The notes: generated by a model not told the origin, from the letters alone. A stretch of DNA of 64,000 nucleotides from the human T2T-CHM13v2.0 reference genome, Homo sapiens (GCA_009914755.4 CP068257.2:15584001-15648000); one strand, 5' to 3'; numbered from the stretch's first letter, positions 26,182 through 42,059 are shown. Made by a program: numbers and translations.

Positions 26182-29100
26182 AAGAAAATTTTACTGGAAT
26201 AATTGGTGTAGGTGAAGTAGGCTGAGAATGAGTAAGCAGTGAGAAATACAAGACAACAAATACTAACTCTCTCAAGATATTTGGCTTCAAGGAGGAGAAT
26301 AGAAATAGGGCTATAGTTTGAAAGTGGAGTACATACTACTTGCAGTCTTTGACATTTTTATTTTAAGATAAGAGATACTTAAACACATTTAAATGTACAT
26401 GGAAATGATTGAGTAGAGGAATCCTGGTTTAGTGACTGGGGAAAGAGAAGGTAAGCTAATAAGTTTCCTGAGAAGGATAGCAGGAATATAATCAGAAGCA
26501 AGAGATGGAAGACTGGACCTTAGCTAGAAAGAAGAATAGTACTATCTTGTACAAGAGAACTGAAGACAAAATGAAGGTAGATACATCCGTCTATGAGTAC
26601 ATGAATAGATTTGGTGACAAAAAGTTGAGAAGACTCACCCAGTGGTTTTTATATACTCTGTGAAGAATGTAACAAAGTTACATGCAGAAGTTTGAGGAGA
26701 GTAGAAAAGTTGTGAAATATTTTTTGCACAGAATGGGAGAGGGTTGACCAGTAAAGTGTAGCAGGCTCACTGGTCAATATTAAGGTCCAAGTAAGGAACT
26801 AATGAATGGAAGTTGAAAGCAATATGCTGAGTTCATTATTTTCTCTATGAGTGCTCGTTTGCTTATGCACATTCTTAGAGAAACCAGGTATTTCAGGTGA
26901 TGAAGGGCTGGTACTTTGCCAGAGAGAAGTGATGAAAGACAGAAGGGCAAGGCAATTTTGCCTATTTTTAGAGAGGTATTGAAACTGGCGTAGATATGTA
27001 ATTTATGAAAAGCAATATAACATTCTATTTTTCTCTAACTGAACTTGATTTTACTTTCAATCACCATTTATCCCTGAGGTGGAAAATTTTTATTCAAAAC
27101 AAATTACTAATGCATGGAATCTAAGCCAGATAGGAAGCAAAGTGAAGACAGTAAAGGGATAACAACAAGGGAGATGACACAAGAGAGACTAAGCCTAATT
27201 CTCACCTATGGATGATTATGGGTCTATGAATGTTCTGCCAGCCTGGTTCAGAATTGGCTCCATAACTGGATAATGCTGGATCTGAAGGTGCTGGACTCCC
27301 AAACTCCAAATAATCCATACTAGGGAAAACAGGGGCTGACAATAAGAAACTGCCAGAAGCATAAGCTGACTAGAATATTAATAAGTCCATATCTTGGCAA
27401 TTATAATACCCAAAGGCCTTTCTATCCACTTTTGCCCATTTCAGTTTTGTCATGTGATTTTCATTTAGACGGAGAATAAAGATATGTGGTCATTATGCTA
27501 GTTTCACTGGATGCTTTAAAACTAATGCCACTTTCAATTCTTGTTTCTAAGACAAGTGAAATTATCTCTGGCTGCATAAGCAAGGTGGTATTTAGTAGTC
27601 TAAATCTCTCTCCTGTATTTAAAATTGGTCTCTGTCTCTAACATTAGTTATACAACTCTCTACCCTTTGCATTTTAGGTGAATCACAGCCACAAAAGCTT
27701 ACTCAGCTGGGGTGTTTCCTAATCCTATCAACTCAAGTCAGAGTCATCTTTTTCCACCTACATACACTTAGCTTTCAAATCTAAAATCCAAAGAAACATT
27801 TAAATTATTAAAGTCAATCTTGTGAGACAGGATTTGTCACAATATAGGACAAATAATTTAAAGGAATTCCACTTTAAATTTGAACTTACGTTGACTAGTC
27901 AAGGCTCTTTTCCAAATCAAATCAGTAAAATAGTATTTGCTATGTTTTAGCATTTTGTTTTAATGATCATGTTTGGGCATTGTTTTTATGTTTTATTATT
28001 TTTACTACTCCCATAATATGGATTTATAATGTAACAACTATCTATTTTATATCTGCTATGCTTGAAATACTGTGTTATGTGCCCCAAGCTTAAAAAGTAG
28101 AAAGTCACAATTTTTGCTTTGTAAGTTCTAAATCCTTTGATGTGGATACACAAGTACACAAGTATACCTTACAATAGCACTTGAATTAAGTGTGGAAGGA
28201 GTCTTGAGACTGTGAACTAAAGCCGAGACAGGCAGAACTTAAAAGATGGAAAGGAAGAAGAGATATCTAATTAGGCAGAGATGAAGGACTCCAACAAAAC
28301 CCCATATTTCTCAGGCTGAGTCAATGGAAGAAAAGTGTTATATCTGGCAGAAATTGGATATTTAGGAATAATGAGTTGTTTTGTGGAGGAAGGTGATAAA
28401 TCTGTTTTGAGAAATTTTTAGTTTAAAGAAACTGTGGAACATGCAAATAATGATGTCTAGCAGGCAGTTGGAAATGGGTAGCCAGAGCTTTGGAGCGGAG
28501 CTGTAGATCTCGGAGTTATTTGCATGAAGCAATAAAAGCTGCTACAATCTTAATGGTGAGAATTGGATAAAAACAAATTGTGCATGGGGTGGGGTGGTGG
28601 TATGAGGATAGAAATCTGGAGCATTTGGGGAAGAAGAAAAAAACGCAACAAAAGGAGACAGTAAGGGACATAAATATGAAACTAGTTGTCAGAGATACCC
28701 AAAGAGCCAAGATAATATAAAAAAAAAAATCAGAAGAGAAAAAATTTTCATTAAGAACAGTGTGATCAACTCTGTCAAATGCCACAGAGATTTTGGAAAT
28801 AAATCATTTCCTAAATCACTCAGTATTGTCAATCTTGGGAATATAGCGTATGTTACTCTTAATGAGAGCTACCAATATTAATTACTTTTCAAATTAATAA
28901 TTATATTTTAATTCTCTCTTCAAGTTTAAGAAAGAAACATACACATAAAAATGTATCTGGATTTGTCTGAGTTGAGCTTCTCCTTTAGTAGGCAGGGATT
29001 TGCAGGTGTCCCCAGAGGTGATGACTCCCTTCATCATTGTAATTACACACCCTTTTCTTACCATCATTTCCAAGTACATGTCACTGGTCTCGGAGCAGGA

Positions 29101-29787
29101 AGGCTCCTTCTCCCAATTCAGTGTCTGTCAGAAGTCTTCCCTGTTCATCAGATTTAGTCACTCAATGCCGCCTAACAGTTGGAGAAAACATTGAGAGCCA
29201 GACTTAGCCAGACTTAGCCAGACTTGTGGGCCACAGCTGCTAAGGTTCTGAAAAGCATTGCACTGAAAATTAAAACCCACTAACTGAAAAAGAAAATAAA
29301 AATTCACAGAAATTAGTTTCTAAAGATCATGGCACTTGGTTGAGGAGATATTTAGAGAATCGACCCTTAAAATAACACCACGTAAACAAGTTCTAATTTA
29401 ACATATCCCAAGAGTGACATTGTACTTGAACAAGTTTGACTAAGATTATTCTGTGAATTTTTTAAAGCCATACCACAATGCTATTATTCCAATGCTAGAA
29501 TCATCTTTCTAAAGAGGACCTCAAAGATTTGGCAGGTAGGGGAGTAGCCTCATGTAGTCTTTTCTCTGCATTTCAAAGATTCTTCTGTTCTAGATTGATG
29601 AGGAGATTCCTGATGCCAATATTTTCTAGTAGTCTACTTTCACTGATAGAAGCAGCCAAAGAGAAATCTTAGTGTCCTGCACACAGCTGGTTAACTTACA
29701 TTTGCCTTTATAGATGCATTGTATTTTTTGTCTTTGAAAGTGCTTGATCATCTTTTCCTTTTTCAAATGCTATTTTCTTTTTTCTAG

Positions 29788-29856
29788 AATATGAAAATAG
29801 ATGCAATTTAAGTTGGGAAAAGTCAAAGGTGACATTAAAAAATATTTCACAACTAG
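29788..29856 (+). other. candidate internal exon (exon-like segment, gene unknown)
   Basis: Acceptor tgctattttcttttttctag|AAT and donor CTAG|gtaagtaa (consensus gtaagt). A single open frame, phase 1 at both ends, encodes YENRCNLSWEKSKVTLKNISQL. The other two frames have stops. This is statistically weak for a 69-bp segment. Confidence 0.2.
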
Positions 29857-30926
29857 GTAAGTAACTGGGGCATGGGAAAGAAGGCAGTTAGAAAGGTGGG
29901 AAGGCTCTTGGGGAGGCTCAAAAGATGGCCATTTAATAACAGAGAGAGTTCAGTCGTCTTTTAACAAATAGTATGTTCTTATGGGTTCCTACTCTTTGGA
30001 TTACCACCCTGAGCAAACTTTTTCTTTATATGATTCCCTTAAATCTAAACTCTGATTTGTGAAAACCCAAGAGAAGCCTTCCACATGATTTCACTGCTTG
30101 CCAGGTTAAACCTGCAAAAGATGGTGTATCCATATTTCATGACTTGGCTCTGGCCAGTTAGAAAAAAGACAAGCATATGGTATTACTTTCCATGACTGAT
30201 GACTTTGCTCTGCTGACACCTTTCCTTCCCACACTGTTTACCCTACTAATGTAGCCACACAAAAGAAGTCAGCCTAAAAACGTCCTCAGAAGCTCTCAAG
30301 TTAGATAACTCAGAAGTTTCTTGTGAACATAAGTTGAAGGTATAAAGATACAGAGTCATAGTGTTGGTCTGGAAAGAAAGAACAACCTATTTTTAGTCAT
30401 GGTTAGCACGAACCTATGTCTTGGATCTTACCATTTCAAATAGCTTGTGCCATTTTTTAAAATCATGTTCACCACTTTTTGGTTGAGTCATTGTAGTCTG
30501 TAATTAGAGAGCCTATAACAAGTTTTATATAAAATTTAAAAGTACTTACTAAAAAAATAAAAGAGTCAAATATAAGAATAAATACATGGTGAGGGATAGG
30601 GAAGTGTGGTATCTACAGGAGTCAGATACTTCCTTTGTGCTTCCTAAATTAATCAGGAAAGATTAATTGAAATAAAGGGCTTGGAAACCTTCTTTCAGCT
30701 AAAAAAAAAAAAAAAAAAAAGTCTTTCAAGTAGACCAGGAGAGAGAATGTATATTTTTCCTGAGATAAGTTGGTTAGGAAAAGGTCAACCTATGTCCTCT
30801 TTGTGGCCATCTTCAGAACAGTTAGATACCGAAGAGCCCAGAGAGTGCTGTAAATTGAAAATACAATTTTAATGCATTCTCATCGAAGTTGTTTCTCTTC
30901 ACCTGCTGTCTGCATGTTCTGCCTAA

Positions 30927-31239
<313 letters not shown>

Positions 31240-34200
31240 ATACTGTCTAGTGTTTTTAAAATGCAAATGTGATCACTTTTTATTAATGTGACCTAGACAT
31301 ATGTTTCATTGTTCAAGAAAAGCACTCTCCCCTTGATTTCTAAAACCAGAAAATATAAAGCTGAGAGTGATTATTTCATTCATGCAACAAATATATTTGT
31401 GTATCTATTACAGGTTCAGCCTTGTATTCATTCCATTCTTCATTTCCCACATGCGAAATCTAAAACTCAGAGATTTGAAATCTCTTAACTGAGTTCACAA
31501 ATCAGGACAAATTTTTCTTAGAATACAGAAATAGTTTGAGCCTATGAAAACTAAGTCTGTTTAAATCCAGGTAGTAACACAGTTGGTTTCCTTCTTCTGA
31601 GCCTTTCAGGAAATATTAATGTAGAAAAAAATCTGCTGTTACAGACATGCAAGGTGTATCTTGCCGCATGAGAATTACTTAATGGGTACAATGCACATTA
31701 TTTGGGTGGTGGCTACCCTAAAGCCTTGACTTGACCACCATGCAATCTAGGCATGCAACAAAATTTTACCTGTACCCCATACACTTATATAAATTAAAAA
31801 AAAAAAAACTTTACAAAGGTCAGGTCATCCAAGAATCAACAGCATTTAGATAGATGTTTTAGGTCCCTGTAGCTCAAAGTATGGCCCTGAGATTATCAGC
31901 ACCTGGGAACTTATTAGAAATGCAGAATCTTAGGCCCCATCCAGAGTTCCTCAATTATTTCTGCATTTTAACAATATCCTCCAGGTGATTTGTATATGCA
32001 TTATTAAACTTTGAAAAGTACTGTTTTAAATGATCTTGAAAATAACTTATAATCTTAAAAATGCATGAGCTAAAATGTGTGTGTTTTAATGAAATCAGGG
32101 GTATATTATTATTCAAAGTAATTCCAGTGTGAATCTTTTCAAAGTGAAGAATCTCTTTTAAAAACAAATTATCTCCCATCTATTTTGGATATTAATAGGG
32201 ATTTGTTTGTACATGGACTTCCTATTGTATAAGATGAGGTCAATATAGGAATCATGGAAGCAAGAGTGTGAAGAAATAAAATGCCTTCAAAAGAATACAT
32301 TGAACAAGCAATACATAAATTGCTTTTATTTAGAAATGCATTAGTTCAAAGATGATTTATACAGAATTTATTTTAATTCAGTAAGATGTTGGGTGAAATT
32401 ACCTTTCACTATTTATAAACAAAGATAACTCTATATTAATTCCAAATAAAAAATTTTCATTCTTAGAGAAAAGCATTATTTTACAAATTTTCAGGTCTCT
32501 ATTTACACACAAGTAATTGCTATGTAAGCAAGAGCAAGTATTGTTGTTTGTACACTCTACTAATTGCAAATGATTCTTAGCTAGTAATTAAAGTAACTTT
32601 AAAAAGACAACATTTGGTTTACTTGGTTTGCCTGGCTGTGCACATAAAAATAATCAAACCGTCTTTAAAGCCAGAAGACTATCCATGAATTTAGAGAAGT
32701 CTAAATTAGGCTGCTTTGCTAAATTTTAACTGATTACTCATTTAATATCTGTATCTTTTCTTCCCCTAAGGTCCTTTTAAAGTACTTAAGGACTATATTA
32801 TTTCTAGTTTATTGACTTTTAAAACTCTAAACTAAATAGAGAGTATGACATTTCTGTCAAATCTAAATCAATATCTTGCATATAACACCAGTGTCTTAAC
32901 CTATATGTGCAACATTTTGTTTTGTAGAGTAAAAATCTTTATGGCTTTAAACATCAATTTTATTACTTTTAAGTCCACATTGCCTGGTAGGTGTCCTCTG
33001 ATCATCATCCTTCCAAGAATAACCCCATTTTTAGTTGCTATTTCCTATCTGCAATAAGAAGCTTTTGTGCATATTTTGAAAACTTTGCCTAAAATTAAAA
33101 TGTACCCAAATTGAAACCAGTGTTTATAGTGTAATACATATCTCTTTTTAGCATTACAATGAAAATGCTTTTTTACACATGCCTGAAATTTCAACAGCTA
33201 CTACGGTATTTTCCCTATCTTCCTTAAAAAAAATTATCATTCAAAATAATTCCAATTTATTTTGGGTATGAATAGAGATTTTCAATTTAGAAAATGAGTA
33301 ATTTTATTGTTACGACTGTTATAGCCCCATGAAAACTATATTTTGCCAATTTCTATTGGCCTGTGTCATTTTATCACATTTAAAATCTATAATCACACTA
33401 GCAAATATAATTTTGCCTGACTTTTTAGACAGTCTCTAAACTTAAAAGTTTTCCAACAGTATGACACACAACTTTAGGGGCACATGCAGCATATGCTTTT
33501 ATTGCATGTAAGTCCTTGGACTTTTATATTTATTTCATGTATTTTAAATATTTCTTGAAATCAAGAGCGTTAATATTATTAGTAACAAACATCTGTGGTC
33601 ATTTTCTTCCATTTGTCACATAGCTAATACAGAGTATATAGTATTACTTTTGAGTGGCCTTATGTAACATCTCCTTTCTAAATTCCTGAAAGTAAGTTAC
33701 GACCAGAATTACATACTAAAAAGAGTCAAAGAATACATTACCTACTTCTATAAATGGATAATTTTATAGTAATCTAAATAAAAATGAGACCAGAATAAAT
33801 ATTTTTCTAGCCTTCTCTGGAATGCTAAGCAGTGTTGGGGAGGGAGTTAATAAGAAAGAGAGTTAAAAGTAAACAGTGCTTGTAGTTTAACAGTTGTCTC
33901 TTAGGGCACTGTTTTATGAAGATCTTTCAGAAAAGAAATTTTCTTCAGATTGCTTATGCTGTGTAAATATTACCTCAGATAAGGGCCACATTTTGGGTAA
34001 ATAAGTCTGCATAAACATAAGACTGCTTTATGTTGGTATCCTTAGTTTTTCTGTATTAATTCAAAATTCAAACCACAATTCCCCATAACACACTCTATAA
34101 AATGGTATTCATGACTTCATACAGCGAGGATGATGTTTTCCTTTATAAATGCCACATTAAATCTGTATATTTTTAAATGGAAAAATTGTGAGAATACCAA

Positions 34201-36447
34201 CATAACCACAGGTTGCCCTCCATCCTCTGTCCAATAAATTCTAACTTTACGTTTTTACTATCTGACAGAAATACTTTACAGTCTTGAGGGGGGGAAAGAC
34301 TGCCTTTTTTCTTGTACATTGTCTGTGTGACTTTCTGTTGAGAATGTATTATGTATCAAGGACATTAAAATTTATATCTGCATAGGACAAGTTTAGAGAG
34401 TATATTTTCTCCAAAAATAATACTAGGAAAACTTAAAAGAGAATTTTACCACATAGAAAGAAAACATGAAAATAAACTTTTGAAATATATGTGTAATTAC
34501 CAAAAATATGCTGGAAACAACTAATCTTCTGCTGGAAAAAAAACAAATAACAATAAATTATATCTATTTTAAATTGACTCTGAATGTTATAGTCACGAAC
34601 AAGAGTTTAGCAAACCTAGAAGGTTAAATCTTGATTTATATATGTTTTTATGTTAAAATATGTTTTTCAATTACCAAAATTAGTAACTGTTACCAAAATA
34701 TAGGAATTCATTTACATAGCTATAAAAATATTACATTTAACTTAATATTGAAGTATTAAAAACAGTAGATAATCATGCTCAGACTTATTAAGAGGAAGAA
34801 AACCCTTTGTTGCCATTACATAGTTGACAACAAAATATCAGTGGAAGATTTTCTTCTTAAATAAAGCTAAGGAGAGCAAATAGCTAATATTGCAACTCTT
34901 ATCTAGTCTCAGGTTATATTGGTAGTAGCTCCTTAAGCTGACTGACTTATACTCTGAAATACATTTATTTAAAAAGGACTGGGCCCTCTGTTGAATATAC
35001 AATTCAATTTTAGTTTCGACTTCATTAGCTGAGGTAAATTATCACATTGGCATCCCATAATATCATTTCACTTTACTTAGAAGTCTTCTAGATCTTTCCA
35101 TTCCATATAGTTAGTTCTGTCTCTCCTCTTTTCTTTTTTTTATAATTATTTTGGATGAACATTTGGGGAGGTAGAAATATTTCATACGCACACATTATAT
35201 CCTATACACATTTAAGAGACTAAGTGTCTGGCTTTCTGGCTCCCAAGATGATATCTAGAAAAATTAATAGAAATTAAATCTATGCCCTACCCAGTAGACT
35301 ATTAGAAGCTCTTTCCTACCGCTGTGTCCTACATAAAACACCTCATACTCCAGACTGTGAGGTCTGAAAACACAGAAAAGCAAAAACCGTGTTCAGCAAT
35401 GAAAAGAACATGATTTGTCACGTGGCAGGGATTTCCCCACTGACCAATTAAAATAAGAAGCCCCATCTTCTCTTCTTTAACTAGAGGATAGTCATAACAA
35501 AGGATTTTTTTTTAGTAGGCGATAAAATAGAGAGAAACTGATGAGCATCTTCAAGGCTTCTCAGGGACATTAAACATCCCCCTAACAAAGACTAGAGAGA
35601 AGAAACACACTGGTATGCTTCATGTTCTTTTGGAATATTTGGGTATCTTAGAGAGACACTAACAATTTTGTCCTATGAGATCACAGTAAAAAACTATATA
35701 TTCAGCCATTTCAAACTCACTTTAGAAAAGAAAAAAGTATACAAAATGCATAGCTGATTATAGCTGTCATTTCTATTCTTTTGTATATATCACATGACAC
35801 CAATGTCAAAAATTAATTATAAAAGTAGTTACAAGTAGTTACTTTTATAATTATACAGCTAAAAATGAATATAAGTTATATTTTTACTCATGGTTTTGGT
35901 GTTGTCAAAGCTCATATTTCAGCATAATCCTTTATTTGCTGTTGAGTTGTGGAGTTTATTTGGTTTTTAAGTGCAATTTATTTTTTCTTTATTTGTACAT
36001 TAATTATTGAAAAAAACAAGAAGAATATTAAATAAAACCAACATACATGGAGATATATCCTGTAGTAGAATGCTTTCTTTGGCTTTCATGATTAAAATGT
36101 TAATGAAGTGGACAAGCAGTTCTTTAATAATATGAAGCAATAAACATAAGGGAAGAAGAAGGTAAAAAAATAAAATGATGTGACTCACCCATGTCAAATA
36201 TTGCATACCCATCACCAAATCTAAAAACTATTCACGTAGGTATATTGTAGTCCATGTCTTTAACATCAATTACAACCCCCCCTTTCCTCAAGATTAGCCA
36301 CAGGACAAATTAGAAGCTGCTCTGTGGATGCTGCTTCTCTTTAAAAACTGGTTTCCCTGAATCAATAATACTGAACTTGACCTAGTTAGAAAGTATGTTC
36401 ACAGAAATAACCCTCAGTCTTCACCTGTTAAAAGTGAAGATTTATTG

Positions 36448-36585
36448 CTTGGGTGGCTGAGGCTAGAAGATCATTTGAGCCTAGGAGCTGGAGGATACAG
36501 TGCACTATGATCCCCCACCTGTGAATAGCCACTGCACTCCAGCCTGGGCAATATAACAAGACCCCATCTCTTAAAAAAAAAAAAA
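36448..36585 (+). mobile_element. 5'-truncated Alu (3' part of right monomer) with ~18-bp TSD
   Basis: cttgggtggctgaggctagaagatcatttgagcctaggagctggagg...ccactgcactccagcctgggcaatataacaagaccccatctcttaaaaaaaaaaaaa. TSD aaaagtgaagatttattg at 36430-36447 and aaaagtgaaggtttattg at 36597-36614. Confidence 0.8.
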
Positions 36586-39500
36586 GTTTTTAATTAAAAA
36601 GTGAAGGTTTATTGACATTGTGACAACATGGATAATACAGATTAAGTCAGCAAACCATAAAGATTTTCCAGTGTGCCTAATGTCTAAAATTATAATTTAG
36701 TTATCATTTAGTAGTTCCATTAAATTATTTTCTATACAGGTAATCACGTATTTGATTTCTTTTCCAATATAGGCAATTTTAAACTCAGAGAGCTGGAACT
36801 AATAAAACCTAGGGAATGGAAATCTAAATTATAAACCATTCTTTTACAGATTCCATGATTAACCTTTGAAAAAATTAAGCCCAACCTCCAAACACAGACT
36901 ATATAAAAATTATTTATAATTTGCAGGTATTAGTGGCTTAATACAGCATATATTTGCTATCAGCTTTTGCATTTTAAAAGAAAAATTAAAGACAAAAATC
37001 TTAATACAAAGTAATAAACTACTAATCATAAAATTCTCTCCTATATTCTTTTAGAACACAATGAAAGGAAATTATTTGCTTTTTATGAGAAACTGATATA
37101 CTTTCTCTCCATAGATGATGAAAATAACTTTCTTTGACTACCAAGAAATATATAATCAAATTTGTAGACCACTTTTAATTTTTTAAAAAAATCCTGGATC
37201 TGTATTTTTTACCTTCCTGACCTCTTACTATAATTTATCTTTTCTCTGGTCCTGAATCTCTGTAAGCTGACTTGCTTTCAGGGGAATGACACTGTGCACA
37301 TAATACAGCATCACCTGGGTCTTCCAAGATTTGGTCTCCACCATCACCTCACCACCACCCTGTCCCACCTGTCCACAAACAGTTTGGAAGTTTCCTCTTT
37401 TCAGCTTTCCTCTTTCCAAACTTAAGCTTCCGTATGTACAATGTAGCTCTCTCCTACTTAAAGAAAAATAAATTCAGAGTGATCCTCCTAAAGTTGTGAA
37501 ATAAGATCAGTCTGTAGTTTTTCCATCTGTCCTCCGTTGAGTCCTCCTGGTCAGGCTCCCAGGACCTCCAACATGTGAGATTTGTGCCTCTACTTGACCC
37601 TTGGCATCGAACCAAGCCAAATTCCTCTTCAGATGTAGATGGGCAATGTTTTCTAATTTACACAGGGCTTGTACCTTACCCCATTTACTCAAATAAATAA
37701 TAACACTTAAATTTTCTACATTACATGCACACGTTTCTCAAAAAAATTATCTACGGAATTTATCTTAATTGTATTTATTTTAAATATTTCTGGGAAAGCA
37801 TTCCTAGGGAAGACTTCTTAGTTCCATTTATTGTCAAAGAGGAAATGGAGTGGGGCCTTTTATTTTTTGTGTGTGTTAAATATAGAGTATTAATTGGTAT
37901 AAATATTCCGGGTAGAATTTCTAAATAAATTCAAAACATGCTTTGTTTTTAGAAAAGATACATATTAATGCCCTAAACCTAAACTAAAACTAAACCAGAT
38001 GAAATGCTGTGTCTTAACGCAAGTCAGGCACCATTTACTTGCCTCCCAAAGTTTCCAGTCAATCTACCTTCAAGTTGCACAGTGCTTTCCATTCAGCAGG
38101 AATGGCTGCTGTTCTAAATGCTGAAGATTTTTATTTTCTCATTTATATCCTTTTAACAAGTAATTAATGGGTTTAAATACCTTCCTGCATGATTACAATT
38201 TTCTCTTATTAGCTTTTAGCTGTGTGTGATATTCAACATCCATTCCTCTTTGTTTTTAGAAAGTACTTTTTAAAAATCTGAAGTTTAAACACAGGGTATA
38301 AAATTTCTATTTGTTTTATATTTCCATAACATCAAATAATAATCTCTCTAAACTTGTATTTTGAAATACAAAATACTTCCTTCTTCCTCTGGATCAACAA
38401 AATGGGTTTAATTAATCTTATGCCCTTATTTAAGGTTTTAGGAAATAATAATCGCCATTCTTTAGCAGGCAAAAATTATGGATACAGTAGTTACAATAAA
38501 TTAACTCAAATGATCTCACAAATGAAAAAATTTTCCCGGTTAAGAGTGTAAAAACTCTACTGTCCTAAATTGTCTCCCAGTCACACTACTGTTACTTAAA
38601 CAACATATCTCAGTAAAAGTACAGACGTCATTTCACATTTGTCAACTCACTAATTTAATAACCACATGAAAAGGCAATAGAATTATAAAACATGTCATTT
38701 TTCCAATACTCTAATGAAATTTTTCATGTATATGAAAATTCACTTACTTGATTATGCATTTTCATTACTATTACTTTGAAAATTTATCAAAACAAAAGGA
38801 GTTGTATCGTAGCCAAAAAGACTTTTTAAATATAAAATTTGGTCTAAGTAAGATAATATTTTATAATAACATGAACTACGAAACTACAACTATATATATG
38901 AAAAAATATTGATTTTGGTAAAAACTTTCCAGCTTGATCCAAAAAATTTTTTATTTTTAAAACAATCTATATCTAGTTACTTATCAACTGATTTCCAGTT
39001 GTTCAACTGACTATAAACTGCTTTTTGTTTACAAAAATAAATTATGGTAACAATTTAAGTACTAAAATATTTGAGGTTTTTCTTTAAGGTTAATGTAAAT
39101 TTAGTGCTGACATTTTAAAAATTACTATTAAGATGGCCATTGATTACAATGATTAGTGAATATAATCAAAATCATGAAACCAAATTATTTAAGTGGACAA
39201 GCTGCTGAAGCAATCATATTCATTTAGAGGTGAGAAAGTGCAAGTTGTCTTTTTAACTGAAATCACAGTAAAATCAAGAAAAAAAAGAAACTCCCATTCA
39301 CATTCTAAGTAAAATTACATGACCAAAAAAAGTTATTTGCATATATAAAAATGCTTTCAAACTAAGGTGGATGTGTGCATAGAAATCCCTATGAAGAACC
39401 CAGATTTTGTTTCTGGGAAAAGTTAGCACATTCTCCTGGCAAATCTTTCAGAGTCTATCATTAAATTACCAGCTATAGAGAAGGCTTTTACCAAGATAGC

Positions 39501-40017
39501 TAAATTTCTAGTTGATAACTTTAAGATTTGTTTAAAAAAATAACTTCAGTATTGCAAATAATAAGAATTAATTTTTCTTTCTACAGACTAAAAGGTTTTG
39601 TTATACTCCCAAATCTGTGCCATCTTCTGCCTGACACACTATTTAGAGCTGCTCTTTTGTGTTAGTTGTTTTTCAAACTTCACTAGATGATCTCAGGAAC
39701 CTCTAGGGATTTAAATCATCATGAACAAATGATAGCGTCAGACTGATACGCTATTAAAGCAAAAGATAACTTACATTCGTAACACTAGTTATAAATAATA
39801 ATAGGACATTAGAGAGTTTTATTAGAAGAAAAATTGCCTGAAAAACTTCCTCCTATTAGGTTAACCTTCTAGAATTTCTCAAACAAACCAAATTATTTCT
39901 GCAAAATCAAAGTCAATACCTGAGTCTGTTTATAAAAATCACCAATTCACAATGCAACTATTTTTTTCTTTTCATTTAACATTTTTAAATGATTTCTTGT
40001 CTTCTTTTGTGTTTTAG

Positions 40018-40126
40018 CTGAATTTGTGTGCAGCACATTGTTGCTCCAGCTTAAAAACCTCCTGTGTGGTAAATGCTTGGCAGCCCTGGGGAAGGCAATG
40101 AACACGGTGAAATTCAGTGCAGTGTG
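40018..40126 (+). other. candidate internal exon (exon-like segment, gene unknown)
   Basis: Acceptor tcttgtcttcttttgtgttttag|CTG and donor GTGTG|gtaagac. The single open frame, in phase with the 29788-29856 candidate (G+CT=Ala), encodes EFVCSTLLLQLKNLLCGKCLAALGKAMNTVKFSAV. Both other frames are closed. I do not recognise the protein. Confidence 0.2.
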
Positions 40127-41032
40127 GTAAGACAAGGAGAGCATGAATAATATTTGGAGATCTAGCACACCTTAGTGGAAACAATTATTATTACAACTGC
40201 TTTGAAGACATTTGAATTTTAAACTCCATTGTTTGTGAAATTCTATTTTGACTAAATAGAGGGACTTTGTTCAGGCTTTTGTTGTCTTTAGCATGATGTG
40301 TTTCTTTCCTAAACTCCCCACAGATAAGAAGATAAATTTGATCATGAATTTCTAAAAGTAGAAATCATAGGTTTTTTAGAATTAGCATAAAATTATTGTA
40401 CAACCCTCCATGGGCTATCAAATTGGGAGCAATCCAATTTTATTTGCCATCATGGTCACATATAAAGTGTCAGATTATTCTTGTTAGATGATTATTGTAC
40501 ATTTAACTTAGAAAAGCTTCTCAGGTCTGCTCCTGAGATGCTTGAAAGACTTTTGGTTTAAATAGGTTGCATATGTTCTGCTGTTAATGGCTGACCGTTT
40601 TTATTTCATATTACTAAAATGTAATCAAGAAAAAGAGAGTAGAAAATACATCACAAATATTCAGTCTACTATCTAGACAATTTCAAAAGCTTTCAATTTT
40701 ATCTCCTGTTCCATTATCTTCAATTGTAGAGTTTGGATAGGAAAAGAATTCAAAAATAAATACAAAACATTCATTCCAATACATGAAGAAAATTAGCCCT
40801 GTTCATGTACATTTTCTAATATGGATATGTTTCTAAAAATCAGAATATAATATTTATGGAGTCATTAGTAAAATGCACTTGATTATCTAAGAATCTCAAC
40901 TGCTTGATGCTTGATCAAAAACTAGGTAGAAACTAAATCATGCCTATCAACAATTAAATATTTCTGAAAAGGGGACTTCCAAAATGGTAGAATAAGAAGC
41001 TCAGCAAATACTTCCCCTAAAAAGTGACAACA

Positions 41033-42059
41033 GGGGTGGAGCCAAGATGGCTGAATAGGAATAGCTCCAGTCTATAGCTCCCAGTGTGAGCGACACAGAA
41101 GATGGGTGATTTCTGCATTTCCAACTGAGGTACTGGGTTCATCTCACTGGGGAGTGTCAGACAGTGGGTGCAGGACAATGGAAGCAGTGCACTGAGTGTG
41201 AGCCAAAGCAGGGCAAGGCATCACCTCACCCGGGAAGCACAAGGGGTCAGAGAATTCCCTTTCCTAGTCAAAGAAAGGGGTGACAGATGGCACCTGGAAA
41301 ATCAGGTCACTCCCACCCTAATACCGCACCTTTCCAATGGTCTTAGCAAATGGCACACCAGGAGATTATATCCCACGCATGGCTTGGAGGGTCCTATGCC
41401 CATGGAGCCTCACTCATTGCTAGCACAGCAGGCTGAGATCAAACTGCAAGGTGGCAGTGAGGCTGGGGGAGGGGAGCCCACCATTGCTGAGGCTTGAGTA
41501 AGTAAACAAAGTGGCTGGAAAGCTCGAACTGGGTGGAGCCCACCGCAGCTCAAGCAGGCCTGCCTGCCTCTGTAGACTCCACCTCTGGGGGCAGGGCATA
41601 GCCAAACAAAAGGCAGCAGAAACCTCTGCAGACCTTAATGTCCCTGTCTGACAGCTTTGAAGAGAGTAGTGGTTCTCCCAGCACACAGCTGGAGATCTGA
41701 GAATGGACAGACTGCCTCCTCAAGTGGGTCCCTGACCCCCAAGTAGCCTAACTGGGAGGCATCCCCCAGTAGGGGCAGACTGACACCTCACACGGCCAGG
41801 TACTCCTCTGAGACAAAACTGCCAGAGGAACGATCAGGCAGCAACATTTGCTGCTCAGCAATATCCACTGTTCTGCACCCTCTGCTGCTGATACCCAGGC
41901 AAACAGGGTCTGGAGTGTACCTCCAGCAAACTCCAACAGACCTGCAACTGAGGGTCATGACTGTTAGAAGGAAAACTAACAAACAGAAAGAACATCCACA
42001 CCAAAACCCCATCTGTACATCACCATTATCAAAGACCAAAGGTAGATAAAACCACAAAG
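41033..42059 (+). promoter_or_regulatory. L1 5'UTR (internal sense promoter and antisense promoter region of the full-length L1PA)
   Basis: The complete ~1.03-kb 5'UTR is present from the canonical first base to the ORF1 ATG. L1 5'UTRs are established to carry sense and antisense RNA Pol II promoters. Activity of this old copy is unknown. Confidence 0.5.

Noticed and set aside
33624-33691. Exon-like segment with good acceptor (ttttcttccatttgtcacatag|) and donor (gaaa|gtaagt), and a similar one at 31520-31568
   Set aside because: All three reading frames contain stop codons in both segments, so if spliced at all they would be non-coding. No other support.
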